A DNA stretch of 63,395 nt, the filler included, from Licmophora abbreviata (Eukaryota), in assembly GCA_900291995.1 (NCBI GenBank). It is 16 parts of 16 records of this genome, joined end to end, with 100 filler letters (N's around TTAATTAATTAA, not from the genome) between each part and the next. Parts side by side here need not be neighbours in the genome. Positions count along the whole stretch, not along the records: positions 18,534 to 26,270 come from OLMU01003978.1; positions 26,371 to 27,996 come from OLMU01003980.1; positions 28,097 to 31,781 come from OLMU01003981.1; positions 31,882 to 33,956 come from OLMU01003982.1; positions 34,057 to 37,499 come from OLMU01003983.1; 11 more parts are not named here. One strand, written 5' to 3'. Position numbers and translations under genes: made by a program. Under the pieces are notes generated by a model. The model did no database searches, was not told the origin of the DNA, and was given only the letters and a program-made list of their open reading frames with translations. Position 1 is the stretch's first letter. Every line of letters starts with the position of its first letter. Of the stretch, positions 22,948 through 34,705 are shown piece by piece.

Positions 22948-23167
22948 CTAGGGCGGGGACTACGATAGACTAGTAGTGGTATATTCGTATTATCGAGCGA
23001 CCAAACATCTCATCAGAGAAACATAAAGTTCCTACCGTTATCTTGTTGGTCAAGTGCTTACATGACGACCAGGGACAGGCAACTCTGCCCATAACTCAAA
23101 TAGGTTGAATGCAATACTATTCCAATCCAGTGGTAGTAGCTTGGCACGACAGGCCAGTGCTACATAA

Positions 23168-25708
23168 CTACCGTCGGGAGTAGTAACCATCGGGATCTCT
23201 ACTTCGGAAGTCACCCGAAACAGAAGACATTCCCAAGTGCTTTGCCGTCGTAAGCACAGACAAGGTTCGCTCAAAGTCGCTCTTCCGTGCCATGATAGTA
23301 GTAATCTCCGAAACTGTCATTCGACTTACATCCTCTCCGTCAATTGCAATAATCCTGTCTCCTGGCGAAATCTTTTCCGCCAAGACACTCGAAGTACGCA
23401 CTCCTGAAACGACAGTTCCTTTCGAGTCTGCCTTGTTTGCAAGAATGATTCCAAGTTTTCCAGGAGGCGCCACGACCGTGATGCGGCTTCGCTTCGCAAA
23501 GGAACTCGATGACGCACGACGAGATGACGGCGTGAGGCTGGCACGAGAAGAATTACCGGTGCTGCCATTGGCCGAGCTGCCACCGCCGCGCAAAGCCCCG
23601 TCGCCCTCTGCAGCCGCAGTGCCGCCATTCTCTTGAGAGCCAACCATGGCCAATTGCATTTCCAATCGTAGCAAATCGTTTGCCACGCTCCGACTTTGTT
23701 CCGACATTTGCGACAAGTACGACTTCGTCGACCGGTGCGAATACCGACTGCTGCGACTGTTGCGACTGTTCCGGCTATTGCGACTGTTCCGGCTGTCGAC
23801 ACTGCCTCCGCTCGACGACTTCTTGCGGCGATGAGAACGGTGCGAGCGGTGTGACTTGTGAGAACGATGAGAGCGATGCGACTTGTTGCCAGTAGAACTC
23901 TTAGACCGTCCACTGAGCGATTCCATATCCGCACCCACGCCACGAGGACCGAGAGCGCCGGTCACTTCGTCAAACAGCCACGACTCAGAGGCCTCGTTTT
24001 CTGATTCGTCGGAACCGGCACGGCTGCTGCGTTCCTTTCGTCGTCTTTCTCGCAGTCGTTCCTTGGTAGAGGAGCGAATCGAGCTTCCGCCATTGCTCGT
24101 GTATGAATGGGCATCGTGGTCGCGCGATCGACCCGAGCGGCTTCGAGACGAGGAGCTCTTAATACGCGCAGCATTGGTCGCTTCGAGGCTTGAAATAATG
24201 TCCGTCACCGATGTCGTCTTGTCGCCAGAGTCACGGTCGAGGCTGTGGCGAGATCGAAGCTTGTGGTGCTGACGCAGGTAGGACGAGGTAACGGCAGGGG
24301 CTGAGTTGACAGACGATGATGACTTGGACCGCCGACTGCTCTTCTGTTTGGCTTGCGCAAGTAGATCTGAAAGCGTCGGCTCGGGCTGTGCGGCAGACGC
24401 CGACGATGAAGCCTTCCTATGGGGACTCGGGGTGCCGTCAAACGACTTGTTCCTCTTTGTGTCGATCAGGAACGTTCGAGACTGGGCAGGAGGTGGTGGT
24501 GACTTTTTCGACTTGGGCTTGTCCTGGGGGGCAGTCGACTTGGGGAAGGCGCTCATGACGGGCTCTTTTCTGATATCGTCAAAATCGGCAAAGTTACCAA
24601 AGACGTCGTTCGCCGCTTCCGGCGTAATAGTTTTCGTAGGGAACGTAGCGACGGGCGATCCGTTGGCAGGAGAGACAGGCTTCTTTGCGCTACTCTTGCT
24701 AGCAGTAGGACTGATCGTCCATGCTCGCATATCGTCTTCTGTCTCGTGAGCCATGGGAACAATATCATCAAAGTCGTCATGCTTCTCTGGGGTCTGAATT
24801 TCGTCCCTGGTAGTATTGTCGTCGTCCGTATTCAGTGCCGGAAAGATGGTAGGCTCGTCGTCGGTCGTGTAGTTGACAGGGCTTGCCGACATTGCAGAGG
24901 TATTGATCGCGGTAGGCGGATCTATCTTGACTCCTCGGCGCTTGAGACTGTTGTATTCCGTGTCCTCTGCATCGGTAGAGAGGTTAAAGTCGGACGACGA
25001 AGCTTCCGAATGGTTGCCGCTCTCGTCCAGCCCAGCCGGGGGAGGGACGGGAGCTTCCGCAAGGTAGAACTTCTTGTTGCCGCCCGTAGAGGAAGGCGAG
25101 GCGCCATAGAGCTGACGAGGACTCCTGTTGCTAGCACTTCCACTGGAGGAAGAGAGGATCCTCTCCCGAGGCTGCTTCGTGTGCTGTAGATTAAACTGTT
25201 GCAGCTGCTGAAAGCTAAGTCGGGGCTCGCTGTTGATCCGGTTCTCGTCCAGACTGCTTTCCTCAAAGTCGGTGTCATCGAGATCGACAGGTGCGCTTCG
25301 AGCCGAGCGAGTCGACAAGGGTGCTTTCTTCCCTTCCTCCGGAAGATTCTGCGGCGAGAGCGTATTGCGAGGACTCAAGACTACTCGCGTGGCCCTCATC
25401 GAAGGAGGCTGTTGTTCGTGACTGTACGTACTGGCCTGCTCTCGACTCGCAGTACTGTCTCGTCCCGAATGAGTCGTTGCTGTAAAGGAGGGCGTCCGGC
25501 GCAAGGCCCCTTCGGCTTCATGTGCGGCAGCAGGAGCAGGGACGGCAGCGCACGTTCGAGTGGGGTTCTTTTTGGAAGACGAAGGAGACGACGCCTTTTT
25601 GGAAGCGCGTCCGCTGGCACGGGAGGAGGAGCGCTTGGCATTGGACTTTTTGGACTTGCGCTCGTCGCCGCCCCTGCGACGAAAGAGTTTCGAGAGGAAG
25701 CCGGGCAT
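23168..25708 (-). CDS. Ser/Arg-rich low-complexity protein with C-terminal PDZ domain
   Basis: Long ORF ending in VVAPPGKLGIIL...TVVSGVRTSSVLAEKISPGDRIIAIDGEDVSRMTVSEITTIM. Internal HRS and SRN tripeptide repeats. Confidence 0.85.
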   Translation of the reverse strand: MPGFLSKLFRRRGGDERKSKKSNAKRSSSRASGRASKKASSPSSSKKNPTRTCAAVPAPAAAHEAEGALRRTPSFTATTHSGRDSTASREQASTYSHEQQPPSMRATRVVLSPRNTLSPQNLPEEGKKAPLSTRSARSAPVDLDDTDFEESSLDENRINSEPRLSFQQLQQFNLQHTKQPRERILSSSSGSASNRSPRQLYGASPSSTGGNKKFYLAEAPVPPPAGLDESGNHSEASSSDFNLSTDAEDTEYNSLKRRGVKIDPPTAINTSAMSASPVNYTTDDEPTIFPALNTDDDNTTRDEIQTPEKHDDFDDIVPMAHETEDDMRAWTISPTASKSSAKKPVSPANGSPVATFPTKTITPEAANDVFGNFADFDDIRKEPVMSAFPKSTAPQDKPKSKKSPPPPAQSRTFLIDTKRNKSFDGTPSPHRKASSSASAAQPEPTLSDLLAQAKQKSSRRSKSSSSVNSAPAVTSSYLRQHHKLRSRHSLDRDSGDKTTSVTDIISSLEATNAARIKSSSSRSRSGRSRDHDAHSYTSNGGSSIRSSTKERLRERRRKERSSRAGSDESENEASESWLFDEVTGALGPRGVGADMESLSGRSKSSTGNKSHRSHRSHKSHRSHRSHRRKKSSSGGSVDSRNSRNSRNSRNSRSSRYSHRSTKSYLSQMSEQSRSVANDLLRLEMQLAMVGSQENGGTAAAEGDGALRGGGSSANGSTGNSSRASLTPSSRRASSSSFAKRSRITVVAPPGKLGIILANKADSKGTVVSGVRTSSVLAEKISPGDRIIAIDGEDVSRMTVSEITTIMARKSDFERTLSVLTTAKHLGMSSVSGDFRSRDPDGYYSRR

Positions 25709-25895
25709 ACTGAGACAGCGATCTACCGCGATGCAATGCTGCAAGGTTCCTGAAGAAGGGCAGGAGGTTTCGATACACGAGAATGCTCTCTCCAATACCG
25801 CTTCTGGAACGCTTTCGTCGCCGTCTCACACTGGTCGCTCCTGTCGTGTCTCCTCAGTCCTGGTTTTCACGCAGTGCCTTTGCTCTGTTAGACTA

Positions 25896-25923
25896 CGACT
25901 CGACTCGACTCGACTCGACTCGA
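25896..25923. repeat. (CGACT)5 pentanucleotide tandem repeat
   Basis: Read directly, about 190 bp upstream of the PDZ gene start. Confidence 0.9.
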
Positions 25924-26370
25924 GGAAGCTTGCACAGAAAATAAAACGACAAGGCAACGTGGTCTTCTCTCTCTCTCTCTCTTTCCTGGGCACCAAGGAT
26001 GGGTCGTGTGGTGTATGTAGCTTTGCAGTAGCGATGGCGTGGTGGTGCTCACTCGCTCTCGTTCTGTCCCACTCGCGTTGCTGAGAGAGAGCATGCATGC
26101 ATGCGATCGTCGATCTTGTCACACGCGGGAGCAACCGCGTGGCAAGATCACTTCATCGTAGAATCCTACGGGAACCAATTTTGGTAAACTCGTTTGAACG
26201 CAATATATATCCTCAGGGATTTATACACAATATCGCTCAACTATGTCAGAATCCGTTCGTGGGATTGACCNNNNNNNNNNNNNNNNNNNNNNNNNNNNNN
26301 NNNNNNNNNNNNNNTTAATTAATTAANNNNNNNNNNNNNNNNNNNNNNNNNNNNNNNNNNNNNNNNNNNN

Positions 26371-27063
26371 CGGCGCTGGTGCCGCACACTCGCAGGCGTC
26401 TCCTTGATTTTCAAAAATATTGCAAGCAGATCCGATGACGGGAGTGAACACAGCAAACGTATTCACCTCACGACAGGTGGTTGTGTTCCCAAAGAGGATG
26501 GGATCGACGATTGTACCAAAGACTTCCGAATCGACTTCCTTGTCTTCGTTGAAGCTGAACGAGCTGTCGCCACAAATGTGGCATTTTTCACCATCTCCAA
26601 CTCGAGGAGGGCTGCCACAGCTATTTTTTCGTGAGCGAGAAAGGGAAGTGGAAAGTGAGACGATGCAATCATTTGCGCCTTCATCCAGCGGGAGCGCGGG
26701 TTCATAGCATCGGCTGGACTTACCCGCACTGTTGATAGCCGACAAACTGGAGCGCAAGACAGGTGACGTTCGGAGCCGGCTGAAGAGTCACCCCGGCCAA
26801 GTTCAAAGCAAGACATCAAATTCCTACGTTGATTTCATGTGGACAAAGATGGGATGAGGAAAAGTCGTGGCCAGTCTGATATCCAAGAAGGCTCGATGGA
26901 CCGCAACACACGCAGAGGAGGTCCTCTTACCAAAGTCCGTCGAGCCAAAAATGTCGAAATTGTCTCCCTCCACCGAACACAATGGGCACTGGCCTACCAC
27001 GGGGGACGCCCAAAGCGCCACAGAGACCAAAACAAGTTTCCAAGCCGAGGAGATCATGGTCAT
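26371..27063 (-). pseudogene. Cys-rich secreted protein family copy A (exons 27063-26931, 26823-26724, 26620-gap) with in-frame TGA at 26816-26818
   Basis: Signal peptide MTMISSAWKLVLVSVALWASPVVGQ then CPLC. Exon 2 reads GI*CLALNLAG...CLALQFVGYQQCG. Exon 3 (CHICGDSS...TTC...CEC) aligns with copy C. Confidence 0.65.
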
Positions 27064-27382
27064 CGCAAAAGTCTTCGAACAAATTTTGTGATCGTGATGT
27101 GTATGTTATTGTGGTGGATCACCCATTTCGTTAGCGGGTGCGGGGTCGGTATGGTGAAATTTTGTACCGTCTGAAATAATGTCCAAAGGAAGAAGTATTT
27201 TATTATGATTGTACTCCACTATAATCCTGACTGAACATCAAAATGATGCCCCTCTTCAAGGCCTATTTATTATGTACTATCATAGCATGAAACATACGCA
27301 TTCTTCCCGCAAAATCAATCGCAGATGGCCATTCGACATATCGTGAACCGACTACGGGTACGTGTACGGCGTCAGCGTCGAC

Positions 27383-27385
<3 letters not shown>

Positions 27386-27413
<28 letters not shown>
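27386..27413. repeat. (TG)14 microsatellite
   Basis: Read directly. Confidence 0.97.
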
Positions 27414-28096
27414 GCTTTGGTAGATACTACCTAAAGAGAAATAGGTCTCGTCCTACTAAAAGGCGATCACAAGTCCGTTGACTAGGGACGCCTCCCCCCT
27501 TGGACATTCCCGTAACGTCACCTCCAATAGGTCAAAGAAAGGGGAAGTTGACGCAGTAGCGTTCCCGACGTAGGTCCTCGCCCCATAACCCGCACACCTC
27601 GATCCTAGCTACCCATCAGCCAGCTTGACGATAGTAAAACAAAACGAAAGCTGACTGACGGTGTTCTTTGTAGCCAGAATTAGCAGAGACTTTATACTAC
27701 TGTATCATACTCAACTAACAGACTTATGAATTGTGCGATTGACACTACGACGGTATGTGACTGACCAGGGTGCACGAAGAATCGAAAACCGCGCAACTTA
27801 GCTTGAAATATAGACTACAGACCCGAGTCTCCACTAGCAATGTTGGGACTGCCGGTGCATTTCTCGATTCATCAGCTTCCCAGCGTAAAAAAGATCCCAT
27901 CATGACAATCTACACGCACACACACATATAGGCTCAACGGGAGAAGTGACACTACATGTTAGCTTACACTTCTAGGCGAGCCTCTGGTTCCGTTCANNNN
28001 NNNNNNNNNNNNNNNNNNNNNNNNNNNNNNNNNNNNNNNNTTAATTAATTAANNNNNNNNNNNNNNNNNNNNNNNNNNNNNNNNNNNNNNNNNNNN

Positions 28097-28474
28097 AGTA
28101 TGCAGCATCGGTTGAGACTTACCCACACTGCTGAAAGCCGATAAACTGGACGGCAAGGCAGGTGACGTTCGGAGCCGGCTGAAGAGTCAGTCCAGTCGCG
28201 GCCAAAGCAAGACAGGGGAGTCCTACGTTGAATTAATATGGACAACGATGGGGCGAGGATAAGTCATGGCCAGTCTGATAGACAACAAGCTACCACCACA
28301 TAGAAGTCGAACGAAATAGAGGAGGTCCTCTTTGAGCTTACCAAAGTTCGTTACGCCAAGAAATTCGTAATCGTCTCCTTCGACCGCACACAACGGGCAC
28401 TGCCCTACGGTGCGGGAGGCCAAAAGTGCCACAGAGACTAACGCGAGTTTCCAAGCCGAGGAGATCATGGTCAT
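28097..28474 (-). CDS. Cys-rich secreted protein family copy B (exons 28474-28342, 28222-28123; rest lost in gap)
   Basis: MTMISSAWKLALVSVALLASRTVGQCPLC...NFG|GLPCLALAATG...CLAVQFIGFQQCG. Strong DNA similarity to copy A, including introns. Confidence 0.75.
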
Positions 28475-28929
28475 CGGAAAGGTTGTCCGTGAACTGTGTG
28501 CAATTTTTGTTTGCGGTCGTGCGTTCTGGTACCCCCGCCATTTTTTTGTTGGCGGGTTGGCGGTCGGCACGTTCAACGTTGAAATTTTCCAACGTCTGAG
28601 AATTTGTGTAATTGATGAATACTTTAGCTACCATTCCACCGGTGTCACACTATATACCTTTTAAACGCCGAATATTAAGTTGGTTTGTTTATGCAGGACC
28701 TCTCTGTTTCACTCTTCTACAACGTTGTAGGGAGAGCGCATCATCGTCACAGCGCGCGCGGCGACCTCTTCAGATCACGAGCTTTGAACAGAAAGGATAC
28801 GCGTTGGAGGCAAGAGCTCGATCCCTTTTTGGCGGCATCAGCGGCTCATTCTGCTGTCATCGTCTCATGCTGGTGGGGTTCTCAACTCTCATCTCTCATC
28901 CTCTGCCACATTGATTGCTCATCCATATC

Positions 28930-29715
28930 ATGTGGTCCATTAAAAATCATGTTCACAACACGACGGGCTTTTGGGGTGTTCCCGACGCCAATCATGCCTT
29001 CTGCGAGCCGCACTACAAGGTATCCCCTTATGTGGCCGAGTTTTTCAATTCCACGAGCAGTTTGATTTTCGTAGTGGTTGCCCTCGCCCTGCGCTATCCC
29101 AAGGACACATTGATTCAAGACGCTCAATCCTGGCTGGCAGCGATTGGTATTGGGTCGATGCTCTTCCACGCTACCATGAGGTACTCCTCGCAGCTTCTGG
29201 ACGAGATTCCCATGGTCGGCTTCATGACTACGCTCCTCGTTAGTAAACTCACGGCGCCACACCCTTGGTTTGCCGATTCGCCTGCAAGGAAGAACGTAGC
29301 CGTAGGTGTCGCTGTACTATACGGTTTGGCGTTGTGCCTCTTCTACATTGTCTCTGGAAAATACGAAATATTCGTTCACGGCTTTGGGCTTGTGGTACTG
29401 GTCGACGTTGTGGTGGGGTGCAATATGAAGTTGCATGCGAAGCATCGAAATGCTCATCTGCGTGCGAGATTTGGGTCCATCTTGGCAATATTACTCGGAA
29501 AAGTGGCATGGATATGCGAGCATCAATTTTGCACCGACTATCCTGTCGTGTGGCCACTTCACATTGCGTGGCATGGTTTGGCCTGCTGGTCGGCGCACTA
29601 TGGCATCATGTTCGCCTACTTGGCTCGAGCCAAGGAGGACGCAGACTTGCCGCAATGGAGGTTTTTTGGTGAATCATCACCGAGGACGGACACTGACAAG
29701 AAGAAGGTAGCATAA
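28930..29715 (+). CDS. ACER: Alkaline ceramidase (ACER3/YPC1-like, CREST superfamily)
   Basis: FWG...FCEPHY...VAEFFNSTSS, IGIGSMLFHATM (SxxxH), QLLDEIPM, LHIAWH (HxxWH) and a KKxx C-terminus. Confidence 0.92.
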   Translation: MWSIKNHVHNTTGFWGVPDANHAFCEPHYKVSPYVAEFFNSTSSLIFVVVALALRYPKDTLIQDAQSWLAAIGIGSMLFHATMRYSSQLLDEIPMVGFMTTLLVSKLTAPHPWFADSPARKNVAVGVAVLYGLALCLFYIVSGKYEIFVHGFGLVVLVDVVVGCNMKLHAKHRNAHLRARFGSILAILLGKVAWICEHQFCTDYPVVWPLHIAWHGLACWSAHYGIMFAYLARAKEDADLPQWRFFGESSPRTDTDKKKVA

Positions 29716-29792
29716 GTTGGTAGTACGGGAGAAAATCTTTAAATTAATAGCGTGTACTGTTGAGAGTGTAATGCAACGTTGAGGCTCGCAGG

Positions 29793-32547
29793 CTATACCG
29801 CCAGTAGGTCGTAATTTCGACGAATTGTAATGAGACAGCCGAGCAGCACGGTAAAGGCAGGGATGAAGAGAAGATTCATGAGCTGTCGCATGTTAATGGC
29901 CCCAACGAGAAAGATGAAAATGTCGCCACTCGCACGGCCGAGCTGTGTGAGTACACGCCAGGGCAAAAGCAGTGTTAGGACAGCGTCTCGTCTCTGCGAT
30001 GGAATAGAAATCACTCGTGTCGATCATACCGTATCCACAAGCGTCGCCAAGAGTCCAGAGTTAAAGGTTCCAGACGCAAGAGCGGTCGGGATGACTTTGC
30101 TCAGCGCACTACCGATGACACCCTCAAAGGACTGTATCGAGCAGAATGCCAAAAAGTATCCGACCACGTATCGCGGGGGGTGAACTGCAAGCCAACTGTC
30201 GACATTGTAGTACACCGTCGGTGTCCCAATAAGATCCGCAATGTCGATAAGAAGAAATATACCAAAGCATCCAATGGATACCAGGACCGTCATTAGAACT
30301 CGATCTTGATAAAAGAGCGACAACCAGCCGACCAGAATCGACAGCGGACACACCAAGAGGCCATTGATGCAACCAAGGGTCCCGACTTCTTGCACCGCCC
30401 AACCGTAGCGGTTCTTGGTCAGCGAAGATGTGGCGCTAACCAGCGCCTCGATTGTGAATGTCTTGCAAAAGAGGAACGCCAAGCAGAGCTTTACTGGACG
30501 AGTGATGAGCTGGAGAAAATGCCGCATCTTTCCCAATCGCATCCAAGGTCTTCCCGGTTGACCGGTGCACTCGGCCAACTTCATATCACTGCTTAGGATG
30601 GTGCCAATGTTCGTCTCGCCACTAAAGATGGTATTCAAGTCGTCATCGCGCTTTGTTAGACTACCCTGTGCGTCTGATCGGAGCACGTCGAGATGCGTGG
30701 ATGAATCTCGTCGCTCGGTATGATTCAAAGCTTCCAATCGTCTTTGCTCTTCAAGGCCGCTACGGTCGGGCTCTCCGAACGTAAGGAGCACGGCGAGTGT
30801 AAACAACGCCCATAGAATTGCCATGAAGTACCCAGGGCTGTTGTAGGGCAGCAAAAAGGAAAGTTTTAGCAGAGTAAAGATTGGATTTATCGGATAACAA
30901 CTCTTACTCACCCAGTCATGCCGTTCAGGTAGACTTTCCCAATCAGCGGAAGTTCCGGCTCGGAATCAATGTTGTCCAACAAAATGGCGGCAGCAGGTCC
31001 CATAGCGGACCCGACCGCAATGGCCATACCGAATCCGGCATTGACGCCGGTCCGTAGTGCCACAGGTGTCGTGTCGGCCATGAACCGGCGAATAATTACC
31101 TTGGGGCATCCAAGTCCTGTCATAAATCGTCCCGCGAGCGCCACGTGCACGACGCCTGACTTGTAGGCACTCGCGTATATGACATTGCCCGTCATTAGCA
31201 TGAAGCCCGAAAAGAGCAAAGGAGCTCGAAAGGCACGGTTAGTCCACAGAGAAAACATGATGGACGATATCAGGGCAGCAATCGGCATCATCCCAATGAT
31301 CAAGCCTGAAGTGTTGTCCGGTGCGCCCAGAGCATTCGCGTATTTGGTACTACTCGGTTCGACAATGTAGTAGTTCATGCAGTACAGAAACCCCGAAACG
31401 AGATTCAGAAAGATACCGAGATATTCTTGAAATGACAGCAAGGGGGCCGGGCCGATGCACGATGGGGTGGGACTTGTCTGTATATCGTCAACTGAGCCAG
31501 GTATTTGACCTTTGCGCCACTCGCCTATTTGGTGCATTTCACTCGTTAGGCTAGTCCCACGTAACGTCACGTAGTTTGGCTGGAGACCAAGTCGATCCTC
31601 AACTAAGCCCAGCAGAAAGTAGTCACGCAATGTTTGAACGAAGGTATCGCGCAGAACGACGTGTCCCATCGATGCCAAGAGCTCCGCGTGCTTGGTCGCT
31701 TCAAGAATCGCTTTGAACAGATTTACCTGTTCCGAGAATGCATCGAAGGTGTCCTTCATTTCGTTCGCAAAGATATCGATGNNNNNNNNNNNNNNNNNNN
31801 NNNNNNNNNNNNNNNNNNNNNNNNNTTAATTAATTAANNNNNNNNNNNNNNNNNNNNNNNNNNNNNNNNNNNNNNNNNNNNGTAGGATGAGCGGTTGTGC
31901 CCCTTGGTCATCTTTTTAATGTACCATTGCATCATTGGCGAATCGCCGTAAGTACGCAGGAAGGCGTCGTACCGAATCAATGACTGACGAACGGTGACAA
32001 TGTTGATAGTACAAAAGGCCAGTAGCTCAAGAATTTCCTTGCCCAATTCATCCGACGAGCCCTCTTCCTCCAGTCTTTGTGATAAGTTTTGCCATTGCGC
32101 AATGTAGAACATATTGACTTTGTCCATCTCCCAGCTTAGAAATATAACGACTTCGTTGCGCTCCGCATTTGATATCCACCGAGCGATCCTTCGCTTATGG
32201 AGACGACGGGTCCGGCTGAACTGAGAACTAACCTGTCCATCGCCCATCCTATGGTCCGTGTGAGCATCGTCGACAAATGGAATGTACCCATCTTTTCCAT
32301 ATTCCATCGGAGGTGGCGACATTGGAGGGGGCGGGCGATGAGACCGGGGACCCATGATTCCCGCAAGCACTTGCTCCGACAGACGGCCATCGCCCGCCTC
32401 TCTCACCAATTTCCTAATTTTCTTTCGACGCAATGAGAAATGAAAGAGACGATCCTTGAACATACAGTAGTCGACAGTGTGGACCGACCAGTCATGTTCG
32501 GTCCCTAAACGCGTAGCCTGCTTTAGTTCGGTTCGAAAATTCTCCAT
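29793..32547 (-). CDS. SPX-domain MFS transporter (vacuolar phosphate transporter VPT/PHT5-like); introns 30838-30911 and 29943-30029; internal gap
   Basis: SPX-like N-terminus (DWSVHTVDY...EMDKVNMFY...FCTINIVTVRQ). MFS part LNLVSGFLYCMNYYIVEPSSTKYANALG, GRFMTGLG, MGPAAA, NGMTG|PGY and GTFNSGLLATLVDT|LGR. Confidence 0.88.
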
Positions 32548-33039
32548 TGTCTGCAGGACCTAGGGAGCGAGCTCTAACGTTGCAAGCTAGTCACGACTGC
32601 GCATAATCTAAAATCCTCCACTTTTGTGTTCTCTCAGATGTCGACATCGAAGATACGATAGAGGTGCTTTAGTGCAACAATGACAATCCCTCGTGGCCCT
32701 TCACCCGTCACACACTCGCAAAATAAGCTGGCAAACACACTGACGCATTGTTGAAGTGGCTCGCGATGTAGTCTTCAGTTTGATGGATATTGAGTTCTGA
32801 ATCCTGCGGTATAGACGCCCGGTACTACGACGGATTGTATCAGCGGTTTTTTCTTTTACTTCATATCATAATTCTATCTAAGCACAAAACGTCATAAAGC
32901 ACGTCTCAGCTGACATTTTCAATGATGCTAAATTTTCTGATTTGGCACTCTCAGGATTCAGAACTCGATAAGAAGCATCCCTTCTCGCTCCATACCACGT
33001 ACCGTCTGTGTTTGTCTATACATAGAAGACGAAAGGACC

Positions 33040-34705
33040 ATGGAGTGGCCTCTCAGAGACGAGGAGACGGGAAAGTTCCTGACGACCCAGACTGCCAAGC
33101 TAGTATGGAAGCAGGCTTTGGAAGCAGTCATGGCGATGCAGGGCGACAGCTCTTTGACCCCTGAGCTGGATGACCGTGTCGAAGATTTATTGGAGCGACT
33201 GGATGAGTGTTTGGATTGGCGCAAGGATTACAGACAAATCCTAGGAGAATTCGGACGAATCTGTTCCGAGTTGACATCGAAACAGGTGCTGGTCGTTGCA
33301 GCTGGTGGTCTTGAGGCGTTGCACAACGCCATGAATTTTCGTGTCGAAAATGACCGGGTCGTATCCGCCAAGGAAGCCTTTCATGACAACGCAGTGCAAG
33401 ATTCAGGATGGGATACCAGAACGATTTGTGGTGGAAAACCATGTATCGACTGTGAGAATGTGTTTTGTCTGCCCTCGCCCAGAGACCCGACGGTTCGTCT
33501 CACAGGTCACGAAGCGGTCGCTCAAGTGGAAGCGTGGGTTGACTATGGATGTGCTGAGCCTAGCGTGGGATTACACGCGATGAAGATATTCTGTGCTCGA
33601 TCAGAGCTACTGCATGATATGCTTTGTGATAAGGTCTTCATATTGCTAGATGCGACCTCTGAGTTGGGACCGGCAAAACCACTGTTGCAGCTTAGCGAAG
33701 CTCATGTGTTGGGTATCACCACGGACAACGACAAGCTGTCGTACCTCACTGAGTGGTTTGAGAAGGAAGGAAACGCCGAGGCGACTCTGAAAGTACCAGA
33801 GCATAATGTCCACCTGCTCGCCGATGGCCCTCGTATTGCACGGTGGATCGTGGAGAACCTCCCGTCGGACCGTAATCAGGTTGTAGTATGTCACTTGGCG
33901 TACGCGGACGGCGAGGCTCACGTGCGCGCCTCAGTTGCTATGGATTTAATTTCGGANNNNNNNNNNNNNNNNNNNNNNNNNNNNNNNNNNNNNNNNNNNN
34001 TTAATTAATTAANNNNNNNNNNNNNNNNNNNNNNNNNNNNNNNNNNNNNNNNNNNNTTCGGAACATGTGACCCGGCATTGTGACGAGTGCAAGAAATCAG
34101 TTTGTCTCAGTTTCTTGTCATCGCCCGCGAATGTTCATTGTGTTCCCCCAGATGCAGCGCGTGGTGCCCACAATCGCTTTTCGAGCCGTCCGTTCTGGCA
34201 GCGAGCCGTTCGTACCACAACTGGCGCATTGCAAACATGGGACTTTGATGAGCGCCCATATCCTGTACTAAATGGTCTCGTCACACTACAAGGTCCCAAC
34301 TATGCCTTGGCTAAGACCATGCAGCAATGGCGATGTATGGTGGCGGCCTCGTGTAGCAATCGCTTGGTATCGGCACCTGTGGCTCCCGCGACTAGATCAG
34401 AGAGCATGGTTCGCCACGACGCCACATCGACTTATTTAGAAGGAATACAACGGGTAGCGCCCATGCTTTCGTTTGACAAGGATCAAGCCTCGTGCCTCAT
34501 GGCAGCTATTCTCCTCTCGCAACTGACGACACAACTTCCTCCCAGACTAGAGCACCCGATGCAGCTTTTCTGGGATGGCTCGGTTCACGGCGGAGTGTGG
34601 CGCTGTCCCTATGAGCCAGAGAGTACGGGAAGACTGGCATATGTTATTGGAAAGACTGCGAAACGATCAAGGTGGGTGCCAACTGGGTCCATGGTTAAGA
34701 ACTAG
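33040..34705 (+). CDS. Conserved hypothetical protein with Rossmann-like segment, split by spacer
   Basis: Two ORFs join in frame when the 6-bp TTCGGA overlap is collapsed (DLISEHVTRHC). Motifs WRKDY, ILLDATSELGP, QGPNYALAKTMQQWR, APATRSESM and HGGVWRCPY. Confidence 0.75.

Noticed and set aside
27614..27660. TTGACGA...GAAA hairpin as a hammerhead or SECIS element
   Set aside because: The core deviates from CUGANGA, stem II does not close, and it lies upstream of the TGA-containing gene rather than in its 3' UTR.
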